This document shows, in pieces, positions 37,506 through 48,347 of a stretch of 64,000 nucleotides of DNA (position 1 is the first letter of the stretch; each line of letters opens with the position of its first letter). Below the pieces are notes generated by a model that saw nothing but the letters and a program-made list of their open reading frames with translations, was not told the DNA's origin and made no database searches. This stretch comes from Pontiella sp. GTDB lineage: Bacteria; Verrucomicrobiota; Kiritimatiellia; Kiritimatiellales; Pontiellaceae. A program made the translations under genes and the position numbers. Location of the stretch: NCBI GenBank assembly GCA_050290185.1, contig JBNKHE010000001.1, positions 2,713 to 66,712 of the forward strand, read 5' to 3'.

Positions 37506-38423
37506 TCATGAACGATGTGAAAAATGTTCAAAGGCCTTTTTTCCCAGCACGCTTGAAGACCCATCGGACAACTGCAGCTTCAGAGATCCAACCTCCTCCG
37601 TAATCCGGCCGATGGAAACCGGCGGATCGACGAATTGCTTGCTCCAGCCTTCAAGCAAGCGGCCTTCACTTTCCGCCGGCATCGTAAACAAAAGTTCGAA
37701 GTCCTCGCCATCGTACAGCGCTTGATCCAGCGTTCCCTTCCGGGGAATCCTTTTCCCATCCAGCTCCGCACCAGCTCCGCTCTTTTCGAGGATATGCCGA
37801 AGATCGGTGGCGAGGCCATCACTGACATCCATCATGGCACCAATCAGCCCCGATTTTCGCAAAAAAACCCCTTCCGCTACCCGAGGGACAAAATCGAGAT
37901 GCCGGCCCTCCCGGCTGCATCCCAATGGTCCTGTCACAAAAATTGAGTCCCCCGTCTTCGCGCCGGAACGCAGCAAAGCACTTCCGGAAGGGAGCGTTCC
38001 GGTACCGAAAACATGTATTTCCAGATGATTACTTTGAGCCAGATCTCCACCGATAATCGTGGCACCGAACCGGTTGCAGAGATTGGACATACCTTCGTAA
38101 ATTCCCTCCAGCAGACTGAAGTCGAGATCCCGGGGAGCAACCACATTCACCAGGAGCCACTGGGGTTGCGCCCCCATAGCGGCTATATCGCTCAACACCC
38201 GCCCGGCGGCTTTGTTTCCAATCCGCAAGGGCTCATCAGTGGGCAGAAAGTGTACGCCCTCGACAATGGGATCAGTGGTAAAAACCTGATCGAGGCCGCA
38301 TCCATTGAGCTTTGCCACTGCACAGTCGTCGCCGGCGCCTACGACCAGATCCGGATGGCTTCCGAGTGTGGAAACAAGTCGTCGAATGGCTTCATGCTCC
38401 CCGATATCTCCAAGCGTTGTCAT
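37506..38423 (-). CDS. thiL: Thiamine-monophosphate kinase
   Basis: GDDCAV, EGVHF, SDIAAMGA, DVSDGL, GEDFEL; start uncertain. Confidence 0.93.
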   Translation of the reverse strand: MTTLGDIGEHEAIRRLVSTLGSHPDLVVGAGDDCAVAKLNGCGLDQVFTTDPIVEGVHFLPTDEPLRIGNKAAGRVLSDIAAMGAQPQWLLVNVVAPRDLDFSLLEGIYEGMSNLCNRFGATIIGGDLAQSNHLEIHVFGTGTLPSGSALLRSGAKTGDSIFVTGPLGCSREGRHLDFVPRVAEGVFLRKSGLIGAMMDVSDGLATDLRHILEKSGAGAELDGKRIPRKGTLDQALYDGEDFELLFTMPAESEGRLLEGWSKQFVDPPVSIGRITEEVGSLKLQLSDGSSSVLGKKAFEHFSHRS

Positions 38424-38460
38424 ACGCACAACACTAGCCAAATCCGTTCGGCAAACAACC

Positions 38461-39744
38461 CTATTCGTGACGTAGCGCGTCGATCGGATCCATCATGGCC
38501 GCACGACGTGCCGGATAAATGCCGAATATGACGGATACGGTAACCGACACTGTAAATGCCACCGCGAAGGAGGGAAAAGTCAGCACCGTTTTTACATTGG
38601 TCATCGCCGTAATCATCAGAGGAATTACAGCACCGAAAACCAGACCGATCACTCCGCCGGATATGGAGAGAATGAGCGTCTCCATGAGAAACTGCAGCAC
38701 GATATCGCGCCGGCGGGCACCCAGAGCCCGGCGAATACCGATCTCCCGGGTACGTTCGCTGACGGTTGCCAGCATGATATTCATGATTCCTATGCCACCT
38801 ACAATCAGCGAAATTGCGGCAATAGAACCCAGTACGATGTTGAACAGCCGACGCGTTTCGCGGGCCTGACGGATCAGCTCCAGAGGAACAACAACGCTGT
38901 ACTCCTCCTTGTCGTGGTTCTTTTTCAGCATACGGCGCAGGGCATCCACGGCACGAACCACGTTATCCTGCTTGTCGATGCTCAGAATCACTTCATGCAG
39001 CTCGATTTTTTCGGCAGTGATCCCTCCCTCCTCCCGCTGGATAAACATATCGCCGCGTTTTTGCCGATACGTACGCAGGGGGATGTAGACATTCTGGTTT
39101 TCGCCTTCCAGCCACAATTCATTATGAACCGGGATTTCAGACTGGGCAATGTCACCCACGACTCCGACCACGGTATAGGCATCGCCGGCAATATTCAGCG
39201 TCCGGTTCAGCGGATCGTAACCCGCAAAGAGAATACGGGCCAAACGAGAACCGATCACACAGACCGGGACCCCATACTCCATGTCCGTACTGCTAAGAAA
39301 ACGTCCGCGCAGCAAGCGATAGTTTTGAACTGCAAACAATCCGGGCGTCGTGGCAATGACATCGGTTTGCAGCTTCCGGGCCTTGTACTGCACATCGAAC
39401 CGCAACACCTTCATCAGAACGATGGACTCAAGGTTCGGGACGTATTGAGCGCACTGCTCCGCATCCTTGTAGGTCAAGCCATAGGAGGCAACGAAGTTCT
39501 GGTTATTTTGGTTGTTGTTCGCATCCTGGGGAACCTTGACACTTTTGATCAAAATATTTTTGCTGCCCATGCGCTGGATCTTTTCCTGGATTTCCCGGTT
39601 GGCGCCCTCGCCCACGCTAAGCATCGCCACCACGGAACAGACCCCGAAGATAATCCCCAGCATGGTCAACCCTGCGCGCAGTTTGTACTGGCTCAGGTTT
39701 TTGACGGCCAGTTGCACCATTCTTCCCGGACTCATCGACTTCAT
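38461..39744 (-). CDS. MacB-like ABC transporter permease
   Basis: LTMLGIIFGV, VGGIGIMNIML..V.ERTREIGIRRALGA; ATGA overlap with the ATPase gene. Confidence 0.92.
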   Translation of the reverse strand: MKSMSPGRMVQLAVKNLSQYKLRAGLTMLGIIFGVCSVVAMLSVGEGANREIQEKIQRMGSKNILIKSVKVPQDANNNQNNQNFVASYGLTYKDAEQCAQYVPNLESIVLMKVLRFDVQYKARKLQTDVIATTPGLFAVQNYRLLRGRFLSSTDMEYGVPVCVIGSRLARILFAGYDPLNRTLNIAGDAYTVVGVVGDIAQSEIPVHNELWLEGENQNVYIPLRTYRQKRGDMFIQREEGGITAEKIELHEVILSIDKQDNVVRAVDALRRMLKKNHDKEEYSVVVPLELIRQARETRRLFNIVLGSIAAISLIVGGIGIMNIMLATVSERTREIGIRRALGARRRDIVLQFLMETLILSISGGVIGLVFGAVIPLMITAMTNVKTVLTFPSFAVAFTVSVTVSVIFGIYPARRAAMMDPIDALRHE

Positions 39745-40442
39745 AGCTGGGATACCCCTTTCCAGTCGTTGGAAATGATGTCCCCATCGCTCACCCGGAT
39801 AATCCGTTCCGCACGGTGGGCGATAGCATCGTCGTGCGTGACCATAACGATCGTCTTGCCCTCGGCATGCAGTTCGTCGATTACTTCCAGAATTTCTTCT
39901 CCGGTCTTGGAGTCCAGGTTGCCGGTCGGTTCGTCGGCCAGCATGAGGATCGGATTGCATACCAGCGACCGGGCAATCGCCACACGCTGTTGCTGACCCC
40001 CGGAGAGCTCCATGGGCTTATGCTCCAAGCGATCTTTCAACCCCATTTTCAAGGCTAACTTCGTGGCACGCTCCCGTGCGTCTTGCTGGGATACCCCCTG
40101 ATAGAAAAGCGGCACCTCGATGTTCTCAAGTACGTTGAGTTGCTGAATCAAATTGTAGGATTGGAAAATAAAGCCGATCTTACGGGACCGTATTTCAGAG
40201 AGTTGATCATCGGAGAGGTTGGAAACGCTTTCACCCCCCAGGCGGTAGTCGCCCGATGTGATGTGATCGAGACATCCGAGTAGGTTGAGCATCGTGGATT
40301 TTCCCGATCCGGACGACCCCATAATCACGGCATATTCTCCCTGATTGATGCACAGGTCGATGCCGCGCAACGCAGTAACCCGAAGCGGGCCGTTCGCGTA
40401 TTCCTTGACGACCTTATTCAGCTCGACGATCGGAATGCTCAT
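39741..40442 (-). CDS. ABC transporter ATP-binding protein (MacB/LolD-like)
   Basis: [31 protein letters not shown]. Confidence 0.95.
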   Translation of the reverse strand: MSIPIVELNKVVKEYANGPLRVTALRGIDLCINQGEYAVIMGSSGSGKSTMLNLLGCLDHITSGDYRLGGESVSNLSDDQLSEIRSRKIGFIFQSYNLIQQLNVLENIEVPLFYQGVSQQDARERATKLALKMGLKDRLEHKPMELSGGQQQRVAIARSLVCNPILMLADEPTGNLDSKTGEEILEVIDELHAEGKTIVMVTHDDAIAHRAERIIRVSDGDIISNDWKGVSQL

Positions 40443-41986
40443 TTCCGGCCTTTCTCCTCCCCGGAGTTATTCTCGCCGTCCTGGTCCAGCGGGCTTTTCG
40501 TGAGCTTGGCATTGATCTCCTTCTCCACCTCGGCATAGAGCAGTAGCTCTTCGCCCTCCTTTAAACCACTTCGGATCTCGATATACTGGGTGTTGTACTT
40601 GCCGATCTCCACCTTGCGCAGCTCCTTGCGGTTGCGCTTGATGACATAAACATAGTGGTCATCCTGATCGGATACAACGGACTGGATCGGAACATAGAGA
40701 ACATCGCGCAACTGGTCGGTTACGATCTCAACCGTGGCAGTCATCCCTGGCTTGAGTTGTTCATTGGTCTCGGATACTACCTCGATAATGATGGCATAGG
40801 TCTTGGTACCGGAGTTGAACCAGTCCTGTGAATCCGGAACCGCGCCGATCTTGCTGATTCGCCCTCGCAGGACGAGGCCGGAAATGGCATCGACGGTTGC
40901 GACCGCCTCTTGACCAATGGCTACCTTGTCAATCGACGCCTCGGGAATTCCCACGTTTAAGTTCCACGAACTCAAATCCGGATAGGAAAGGATCTTCTGC
41001 CGGTAGTTGATGGTCGCTCCCTTCTCGATTTGCGTTCCCCTCCTGTAGCGCTCGGTCGGATAAAACACCTGTCCGTTGAAGTCGGCATAGATCTTGGTAT
41101 TGTTCAGTTGCCGCTCCCGATTGGCCAACTGGTTCTTTTGGATCGCCAGCGCGGTCTTCTGCGCCTCAATGCGCGATTCGCTGCGGGACAACTCGGCGGT
41201 GTAGGTTTTTTTAAGACGTTCAAGATCCGCTCCGGCGTTCTTCACGTTGTTTTCGAGCTCCTTGAGTGTTTTAACATAGGTGTAGTCCTGCAGAATTTCG
41301 AGGTCCTTGGTTTTGTTCCGCACTTCGATCTCCTGCCGATCCACCTTCAACTGCGCCGATTCTAGCTCCAGTCGGCTGGAGAAATCTTTTTCGAAAAGCT
41401 CCTGCGTACCTTCCAGCTCTCCACGCGCCTTCTTCAGTTCCTGTTCGGCCAGTTTGATGTCGGACTCAGCCTTCAGCACCATCTGGGGATATTCGGCCTC
41501 ATTGTATTTCTTAAGCGCAAGTTGCGCCAATTCGACCTTGAGCTTTGCGCTATCAACATCTGTTGCATGCTTGAGTTTTTCGATTTCCAACGCCTCTTGC
41601 GAGTGCATTAGATCGGCCTCGGCAGTGGCTGCCGAGGACTTCTGCTGTAGATAGCGATCTTCCAGATCTGACGATTCCAGTTCCACGATCAACTGACCGT
41701 TGGTCACATAGTTGCCATCATCCACAATCTCCACGATCTTGGCATTGCCGCTTGCTTCGTTGACAATATCCTGGCTTTTTCTTGCGGCCAGCTCCCCCGA
41801 CTGCAAAATGCTAACCACCAGATCACCGCGTTGGACGAAAAACCGTGGAGCATCTTCTGGAACCTCGTCGTCGGATCCTCCTCCTACGAACAGCGATGCA
41901 ACCACAAGAACAGCAACAACTCCTGCGGCGATCTTTACGTTACGGCGTTGCCACAGGTTCTTCAGAATCTCGATCTGTCTGTTCAT
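40439..41986 (-). CDS. Periplasmic adaptor (MacA/HlyD-like membrane fusion protein)
   Basis: N-terminal TM, long coiled coil, LKPGMTA, VPIQSV. Confidence 0.88.
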   Translation of the reverse strand: MNRQIEILKNLWQRRNVKIAAGVVAVLVVASLFVGGGSDDEVPEDAPRFFVQRGDLVVSILQSGELAARKSQDIVNEASGNAKIVEIVDDGNYVTNGQLIVELESSDLEDRYLQQKSSAATAEADLMHSQEALEIEKLKHATDVDSAKLKVELAQLALKKYNEAEYPQMVLKAESDIKLAEQELKKARGELEGTQELFEKDFSSRLELESAQLKVDRQEIEVRNKTKDLEILQDYTYVKTLKELENNVKNAGADLERLKKTYTAELSRSESRIEAQKTALAIQKNQLANRERQLNNTKIYADFNGQVFYPTERYRRGTQIEKGATINYRQKILSYPDLSSWNLNVGIPEASIDKVAIGQEAVATVDAISGLVLRGRISKIGAVPDSQDWFNSGTKTYAIIIEVVSETNEQLKPGMTATVEIVTDQLRDVLYVPIQSVVSDQDDHYVYVIKRNRKELRKVEIGKYNTQYIEIRSGLKEGEELLLYAEVEKEINAKLTKSPLDQDGENNSGEEKGRK

Positions 41987-43610
41987 ACCACATACCCCTT
42001 GGGTCTATTTGAAAACGTTCAATTGCATTCCAGAAACGAAGCCGGTTGATGGTGTAGTCCACCAGCGCGATAGTGGCATCGTTCTGGGCATTCAACAGGT
42101 CGTCCTGTGCATCCAACCGGTCGCGCGTCAACGCTTTCCCCTGTTTTAACAGCAGGATTGTGTTTTCCATGCGCCGCTCCGCCAGCTTCACGCTGAGCAG
42201 TCTGTTTTTATAAACGGAACGGTTGCGCTCAAGCCTGCGCCAAAGTTCGCGAACGTCGCGCTGCACGCTCCACTCATCTTCCTCCATTCCCCGACGCTCA
42301 CGCTCCAGATTGATCTGGGCAATACGATAGGCATTCCGCTTTTCCGTCCAATCAAACGGAATATTAACGCTGACCGATGTATCCTGACTCAGTCCTTCAC
42401 TGGAGGACTTTTCCATGTCATAGGATGCGCCATAGCTTACATCCAGGCTGGGAAGAAAGTTTCGTTTCGTGATTTCAAGTTTGCGCTCCTGATCCTCAAC
42501 TTTCTGGCGGCGGGTAATCAGATCAAGCCGGTTCGAAATCGCGCTGTCGACCGCTTCGTCGAGCGTGATATCCAGCCCGACCAATCCACGGTCCGTCAAG
42601 GCATCGAGCTCGGCCGGATCAGGTTCGATGTTCAGATCAATCGGCAGACCGAGGGTAAACCGGAAATTGTCGAGCGCTGACTCGTAGTTCGCCCGGGCTG
42701 TGGCCCAGTTGTCGGCGGAGTTCAGCTCGCTCTGCCGTGCCTGGGCAGCCTGAAAGTCGGCAATGCGCCCAGCTTCGGCATACGCTTCGGTCTGCTGAAG
42801 GCTTTCGTACGCGTTTTCATAGTTCTTTCGCGCATTGTTCAACTGATCGCGACTGCGCAGCGTGGAGTAGTATAGCGAGGTGATATCAATCACGAATCCC
42901 TGCTGGTAGCGTTTGAAGTCACGTACCGCATAGATCATATCGCGCTCGGCTTGCCGCAACGGCTCCTTGCTCACCAGCGGACCGAATCCGTTCAACAGCG
43001 GTTGAACTACATTGAACGTCGCAATTCTGCTTTCCGACGAGCTGTCCGGGTCGGTAAAATAATCCACGATTTCCTGGGTAACCCCCAGCGTTACTTTCGC
43101 CCCGGAAATCAGGGTGCGGCCGACCGAAAGATTCAATTCCCCATCCACCCCGTTGTCGCCGAAGGTCTCGGCAGTCGTTCCATAATCAGAGTACGTACTG
43201 CTGGCCGAGAGGGATGAAGCGCTGGTATCCCAATTAAAATTCTTCTGGATCTCGGTCAGATACAGCGCTGTAATAAACAGGCTTTCCTTCCGGGATTGGT
43301 AGGAGTGGCTGTTCGCCATGGCAATGGCCAATGTTTCCGAAAGGGAAAGCAGGGTTGGCGCTTCCTCATTCGACTCCGCCTCCAGCATTTCGCGAATCCG
43401 GCGCCCTTCCGCATCATCGATTGTAAAGTCATCAAAACCGCCCAGGGCCCGGTTCTGGGCCCCGTGTATGTTCCCATACGCCGCCCGATCGGCACGTTTC
43501 TCCGCGAAATTCCCGATTTGCGTACAAGATACCAGGGAAAGCGCAACTATAACCAGCAGGGAGGCATTCCAACACCAATGACGAACTGTACATTTCATAT
43601 TTAGCGACAT
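41940..43610 (-). CDS. TolC-family outer membrane protein
   Basis: Lipobox-like LVSC; VQPLLNG, LPSLD; operon with MFP and ABC genes; start uncertain. Confidence 0.82.
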   Translation of the reverse strand: MSLNMKCTVRHWCWNASLLVIVALSLVSCTQIGNFAEKRADRAAYGNIHGAQNRALGGFDDFTIDDAEGRRIREMLEAESNEEAPTLLSLSETLAIAMANSHSYQSRKESLFITALYLTEIQKNFNWDTSASSLSASSTYSDYGTTAETFGDNGVDGELNLSVGRTLISGAKVTLGVTQEIVDYFTDPDSSSESRIATFNVVQPLLNGFGPLVSKEPLRQAERDMIYAVRDFKRYQQGFVIDITSLYYSTLRSRDQLNNARKNYENAYESLQQTEAYAEAGRIADFQAAQARQSELNSADNWATARANYESALDNFRFTLGLPIDLNIEPDPAELDALTDRGLVGLDITLDEAVDSAISNRLDLITRRQKVEDQERKLEITKRNFLPSLDVSYGASYDMEKSSSEGLSQDTSVSVNIPFDWTEKRNAYRIAQINLERERRGMEEDEWSVQRDVRELWRRLERNRSVYKNRLLSVKLAERRMENTILLLKQGKALTRDRLDAQDDLLNAQNDATIALVDYTINRLRFWNAIERFQIDPRGMWYEQTDRDSEEPVATP

Positions 43611-43739
43611 ATAACGGCGACAGTATGAAAACAGATGTATACGGAGCAAATTTATTTGTGACATTTCGCCCCCGAATCTCAGTTCACAACCTTGTCAAGT
43701 TGTGTTACAAGACTTCAATTAACGGAATGAGACGCCTCG

Positions 43740-44618
43740 ATGAATCAAGTATTGGTACTAATTAATTCCAAATCGGGCGCTGGAAGCCCCTATCGCTACA
43801 TCTCCGCAATAGAAAAGGTGTGGGATACCCCGGACCATGACGTCGTGTTCCAGTTCAGCCAATCTGCCCGTGACGGGGCGGACAAGGTACGCCGGGCCAT
43901 CGAGCGTGGCACGGATACCGTACTGGTCGTCGGCGGCGACGGCATGGTCAATACCATCGGGAGCGTATTGGTCAACACGAAGGTAAGGCTCGGCGTTGTG
44001 CCGGCCGGCAGCGGAAACGGATTCGCCCGCCACTTCAAGATTCCGCTCCATCCCGATGCGGCTGCAAAAGCCCTGCTCGACGGCTACACGGCCTCCATCG
44101 ATGTCGGCAAAGTCAACGGCCGGCTCTTTTTCGTCACCTGCAGCATGGCCTGGGACGGCGCCCTCGTTGAAACCTTTGAAAAATTTCCGTTCCGCGGCAT
44201 CGTCCCGTATGTACTGGCCGGCGCGTCGCAACTGCTCGAATACAAGGCCCAGCCGTTCCGTGTCGATATCGACGGCGAAGAGATCAACTTCAAGCATCCG
44301 CTCATCTTTACGGTGGCCAACCTATCACAGTTTGGCAGCGATGTGCTCGTGGCTCCCGATGCCCAGGCCGACAGCGGCGACCTGGAACTGGTGGCCATCG
44401 AGAAAAGCAGCATGCCTCTCGTCCTCAGCCAGGTACACCGCTTCATCGAAAAGACCTTCCACCAGCATCCGCATGTCACCAACCGCCACTTCAAACGGAT
44501 GACCGTTGAACGGGAAAACGACTCGCCGATCCAGATCGATGGTGAAATCTTCGATGGTGGAACCTTCATTGAAGTAGAGGTTCTTCCCAGCGCCCTCAAC
44601 GTAATCATTCCGACCTAG
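43740..44618 (+). CDS. Diacylglycerol/lipid kinase family protein
   Basis: NSKSG, GGDG, PAGSGNGFAR, QIDGE. Confidence 0.9.
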   Translation: MNQVLVLINSKSGAGSPYRYISAIEKVWDTPDHDVVFQFSQSARDGADKVRRAIERGTDTVLVVGGDGMVNTIGSVLVNTKVRLGVVPAGSGNGFARHFKIPLHPDAAAKALLDGYTASIDVGKVNGRLFFVTCSMAWDGALVETFEKFPFRGIVPYVLAGASQLLEYKAQPFRVDIDGEEINFKHPLIFTVANLSQFGSDVLVAPDAQADSGDLELVAIEKSSMPLVLSQVHRFIEKTFHQHPHVTNRHFKRMTVERENDSPIQIDGEIFDGGTFIEVEVLPSALNVIIPT

Positions 44619-44626
44619 GACATGCC

Positions 44627-45130
44627 ATGGACAATCTTTCCCCCGATATACTTTACATGCATATGGCGTTGCGCGAAGCCGAACGCGCCGCCGAAGAAGG
44701 TGAAGTGCCCTGCGGGGCCGTGATTGTGTTGAACGATGAAGTCATTGGTAAGGCACACAACCAGACGGAAACGCTGAACGATCCCACGGCCCACGCCGAA
44801 ATCCTGGCGATCACACAGGCCACGCAGGCTGTCGGAAACTGGCGGCTGAACAACGCGGTGATGTATGTGACCAAGGAACCCTGCCCCATGTGCGCCGGCG
44901 CGCTAGTGCTCGCCCGCATGAAAAAAGTGGTCTGGGGCATGACCGATCCCGTCCGCGGCGGTGCGGTCTCCAAATTCCAGATTCTCAACACCGCCGATCT
45001 AAATCATGCCGTGGAGGTTGAAACCGGATTGATGGAGCCCGACTGCAAAGCCGTCATGCAGGCATTTTTCCAGAACCTGCGCCAGTCCGCCAAAGAGAGA
45101 AAACGATCAGAACGGGAGCAAGAAGAATGA
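44627..45130 (+). CDS. tadA: tRNA adenosine(34) deaminase
   Basis: GEVPCGA, AHAE, EPCPMCAGA. Confidence 0.9.
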   Translation: MDNLSPDILYMHMALREAERAAEEGEVPCGAVIVLNDEVIGKAHNQTETLNDPTAHAEILAITQATQAVGNWRLNNAVMYVTKEPCPMCAGALVLARMKKVVWGMTDPVRGGAVSKFQILNTADLNHAVEVETGLMEPDCKAVMQAFFQNLRQSAKERKRSEREQEE

Positions 45131-45618
45131 GGCACGCAACAGAAAACGACTTGCCTGCGATTGTTGAAATCTACAATGCATCCATTCCCTCACGCATGGC
45201 GACCGCAGACCTTGAACCGGTCAGCGTGGAATCCAAAAAGGACTGGTTCCGTTTGCATGCACCGGAAGACTACCCCTTGCTGGTGCATGAAATCGACGGC
45301 AAGGTCGTTGCATGGGTGGGCTTTCAACCGTTTTACCGCCGCCCCGCGCACCGGCACACAGCGGAAATCAGTTTTTATATCGCCCCGGATCATCAGGGGA
45401 AAGGACTTGGCCAAGTGCTCCTCACAGAAGCCCAGCAAACCGCTGCAGATGCAGGCATGATCAAAACACTACTGGCATATGTATATGCACACAACCTCCC
45501 AAGCATAGCATTGCTCCAGCGTTGTGAATTTACGGAATGGGGTCACTTCCCCAACGTATCGGAAATGGACGGTCGGGAATACAGCGTGGCTATCCTTGGA
45601 AAACGAATCAATCCCTAG
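45127..45618 (+). CDS. GNAT N-acetyltransferase (phosphinothricin acetyltransferase-like)
   Basis: IVEIYN, TAEISFY, QGKGLG, HNLPSI. Confidence 0.85.
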   Translation: MRHATENDLPAIVEIYNASIPSRMATADLEPVSVESKKDWFRLHAPEDYPLLVHEIDGKVVAWVGFQPFYRRPAHRHTAEISFYIAPDHQGKGLGQVLLTEAQQTAADAGMIKTLLAYVYAHNLPSIALLQRCEFTEWGHFPNVSEMDGREYSVAILGKRINP

Positions 45619-46259
45619 AGCAGATCCATCTGGTTGAGCTCGGCAACGGGTCGGAAGGATTGGCGATGCAAGGGTGTTGCTCCATATTTCTTCAGCGCGT
45701 CCAGATGTTGTTTTGTACCGTATCCCTTGTGCCCCGCAAATCCATACCCGGGATATTGCGCATCCAACTCGACCATGATGCGGTCGCGCGTCACCTTGGC
45801 AATAATGCTGGCTGCGGATATTGAGATACTTAGGGCGTCGCCCTTGACGATGCTTTTGGACTCGCAGGGAAGTCCTTTGACCGGAAGTCCGTCGACCAGT
45901 GCAAACTGAGGATCAATCTGCTGGGCGGCCATAGCCATGGCCTTGTGCGTGGCCTTAAGAATATTGATGCGGTCGATCTCTTCGGGATCAACGATTCCAA
46001 CACCAACCGTCACAAATTCCGAACCGGTCAGCAGTTCGAAATATTCCTCGCGCCGCGGCTCGGACATGGCCTTGGAATCGGTCAGCCGGTCATAGGTCGA
46101 ACACAGCTCGGCCTGGATGTAATCGGGGTCGAATAGGACTGCCGCCGCTACAACAGGACCGGCCAACGGGCCGCGGCCCGCTTCGTCGATTCCGGCCAGA
46201 CGTAAAAAACCCGACGCCCAGGCTTCTTTTTCGTAAAGCAGGACATCGGGAGTTTTCAT
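45615..46259 (-). CDS. rnhB: Ribonuclease HII
   Basis: [26 protein letters not shown]. Confidence 0.96.
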   Translation of the reverse strand: MKTPDVLLYEKEAWASGFLRLAGIDEAGRGPLAGPVVAAAVLFDPDYIQAELCSTYDRLTDSKAMSEPRREEYFELLTGSEFVTVGVGIVDPEEIDRINILKATHKAMAMAAQQIDPQFALVDGLPVKGLPCESKSIVKGDALSISISAASIIAKVTRDRIMVELDAQYPGYGFAGHKGYGTKQHLDALKKYGATPLHRQSFRPVAELNQMDLL

Positions 46260-46260
46260 T

Positions 46261-46360
46261 TTGATTTTCGATTTCCGATTCTCGGAACTTAATCGGCGTT
46301 GGCCTCTTCTTAGTAAGACGCTGTCGCAGACCTAAAAATCAGCAATCGGCAATCAACAAT
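46261..46360. repeat. Heptamer-periodic inverted repeat
   Basis: TTGATTTTCGATTTCCGATT ... AAATCAGCAATCGGCAATCAACAAT. Confidence 0.55.
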
Positions 46361-46363
46361 GAT

Positions 46364-46711
46364 CTAGACGCGGCGTTCTTTAATGCGGGCCTTCTTACCG
46401 GCCAGATCGCGCAGGTAGTACAGCTTCGCGCGGCGGACCTTACCATGACGATCAATCTCGATCTTGTCGATATTCGGGCTGTTCAGCGGGAAAATACGCT
46501 CAACACCTTCGCCATAGGAAACACGGCGAACGGTGATCGATTCCATAACCCCACCACCCTTGCGGGCAATGACCGTGCCGGTATAAACCTGAATACGCTG
46601 CTTGCCGCCTTCTTTAATCCAATAATGGACCTTGATGGTATCACCGATTACGAAATCGGGGTGGCGATCCTGCTTGGCCTGTTCCTGACTGATTTTTTGT
46701 ACCGTGTTCAT
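46364..46711 (-). CDS. rplS: 50S ribosomal protein L19
   Basis: [17 protein letters not shown]. Confidence 0.98.
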   Translation of the reverse strand: MNTVQKISQEQAKQDRHPDFVIGDTIKVHYWIKEGGKQRIQVYTGTVIARKGGGVMESITVRRVSYGEGVERIFPLNSPNIDKIEIDRHGKVRRAKLYYLRDLAGKKARIKERRV

Positions 46712-46773
46712 AAATTATCTCACTTCTGGATTTATTGAAAGAGCGCCCGATAATAGCTGACTGCGTTTCGCGG

Positions 46774-47490
46774 TCAAGCGTTGTTTTCGCCATTTTTACC
46801 GCGATCCTTCAGAAGATCGGCGCGGCGTTCCCGTGTGCGCTCCAAAGCTTTCCGGTGGCGCCAATCGGCAATTTTTCCATGATCTCCACTAAGCAGGATT
46901 TCAGGCACCTTCATGCCCCGAAATTCCGGTGGCCGCGTATATTGGGGATATTCCAGCAATCCCGTCGAAAACGACTCCTCCTCGGTAGCGGCCTCTCCGC
47001 CACCCAGCACACCCGGCCGGAGCCGTACTACGGCATCGATGACTACGTTCGCGGCCAGCACTCCGTTGGTCAGCACATAGTCCCCAATCGAAATTTCCTC
47101 GTCTACCAGCGCTTCGTGCACCCGCTCATCGATGCCTTCGTAGTGGCCGCAGATAAAGATCAGATGGCTGTGCTCGTCGCACAAACGGCGGGCATCCGAC
47201 TGCTCAAAGGTCTTTCCTCCAGGCGTCAATAGGATCACATGGCTATCCGGCGTCTGAATTGACTCGATCGCAGCGAAGAGCGGCTCCGGCTTCATCACCA
47301 TCCCGGGACCGCCGCCAAAGGGCCGGTCATCGGTGGTGTTGTGCCTATCGGTCGTGAAGTCGCGCGGGTTGACCGTGCGAAATTCAACGAGCCCGGCATC
47401 CGCCGCCCGCTTCATCATGCTCTCCTGCAGAAACCCGTTCAGCATCTGCGGGAACAGCGTCACAACATCGATTTTCAGCGCCTTGTCCAT
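46774..47490 (-). CDS. trmD: tRNA (guanine37-N1)-methyltransferase
   Basis: DDRPFGGGPGMV, CGHYEGIDER, SIGDYVL, PQYTRP. Confidence 0.97.
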   Translation of the reverse strand: MDKALKIDVVTLFPQMLNGFLQESMMKRAADAGLVEFRTVNPRDFTTDRHNTTDDRPFGGGPGMVMKPEPLFAAIESIQTPDSHVILLTPGGKTFEQSDARRLCDEHSHLIFICGHYEGIDERVHEALVDEEISIGDYVLTNGVLAANVVIDAVVRLRPGVLGGGEAATEEESFSTGLLEYPQYTRPPEFRGMKVPEILLSGDHGKIADWRHRKALERTRERRADLLKDRGKNGENNA

Positions 47491-47575
47491 GGTTTGCTAT
47501 CTTTAACAGAAGGTCGCAAAGGGTAACCACCCTCCAGTTCTGGCGAACTTCCGATTAAATGTATATTCCTGAAAA

Positions 47576-47609
47576 CGAAAAAGAGCGGCCACACGGCTCG
47601 CTCTTTTCG
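47576..47609 (-). terminator. Terminator-like hairpin after khpA
   Basis: GAAAAAGAGCG...CGCTCTTTTC. Confidence 0.6.
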
Positions 47610-47636
47610 CGGTTTCCTACGCTGGGAACAAATGAA

Positions 47637-47867
47637 CTAATCGACCACTTCAAGCATGGCCTTGCGACCCTGCTTGGCGGCCATCGAGTTCAGGATGGTC
47701 CGCATTGCACCAACCGTCTTCCCGCTCTTGCCGATAATCTTGCCGACATCCTTGGCATTACAACGAAGTTCGAAAATGATGGTTTTTTCACCATCGACTT
47801 CCGTGATCTCAACTTCGTTGGGCGAATCGACCAGCGATTTCGCAATGGTTTCGAGTACCTGCTTCAT
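47637..47867 (-). CDS. khpA: KH-domain RNA-binding protein
   Basis: DVGKIIGKSG; position after rpsP. Confidence 0.92.
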   Translation of the reverse strand: MKQVLETIAKSLVDSPNEVEITEVDGEKTIIFELRCNAKDVGKIIGKSGKTVGAMRTILNSMAAKQGRKAMLEVVD

Positions 47868-47869
47868 GC

Positions 47870-48301
47870 CTAGGCTTTTGTTTCCTCGTCCGCCGGAGTT
47901 TCCTCGGCAGCGGGTTCAGCAGCTTCCTCGGCAACCTCTTCAGCGGCCGGCTCGTCTGCCGTAGTTTCGGCGGCGGCTTCTTCAGCCACTTCTTCCGCTT
48001 CAACGGCGGCTTCCGGAACCTCAGCTTCAGTCACCGTGCCGGACACGGCTTTTTCAGCCGGAAGGACGCGGGCCTTGACAATCAGGCTGTTCGCGGTGTC
48101 GGACGGCTGTGCGCCGTTGCCGAGCCAGTAGTCAACACGGTCAAGGTTCAGCGAAAAATTGTTGCCGTCCTGTTTGGGGTCGTACCAACCCAGCGTTTCA
48201 ATGAATCGGCCAGTCGGTGCATAACGCGCATCCTGAACGATTACACGGTAGAATGCGGCGTTGCGGCTGCCCATTCTGCGAAGTCGAATCTTTACTGCCA
48301 T
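47870..48301 (-). CDS. rpsP: 30S ribosomal protein S16 with acidic Ala/Glu-rich tail
   Basis: MAVKIRLRRMG, GRFIE.LG.YDP, WLGNGAQPS. Confidence 0.96.
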   Translation of the reverse strand: MAVKIRLRRMGSRNAAFYRVIVQDARYAPTGRFIETLGWYDPKQDGNNFSLNLDRVDYWLGNGAQPSDTANSLIVKARVLPAEKAVSGTVTEAEVPEAAVEAEEVAEEAAAETTADEPAAEEVAEEAAEPAAEETPADEETKA

Positions 48302-48347
48302 ATCGTATTTTCTCCGTAGTATATCCCTGCTATTTCGGGTAAAGGGG

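Noticed and set aside
39745..39960. N-terminal extension of the ABC permease ORF
   Set aside because: Overlaps the ATPase gene; ATGA-coupled start at 39744 is more likely
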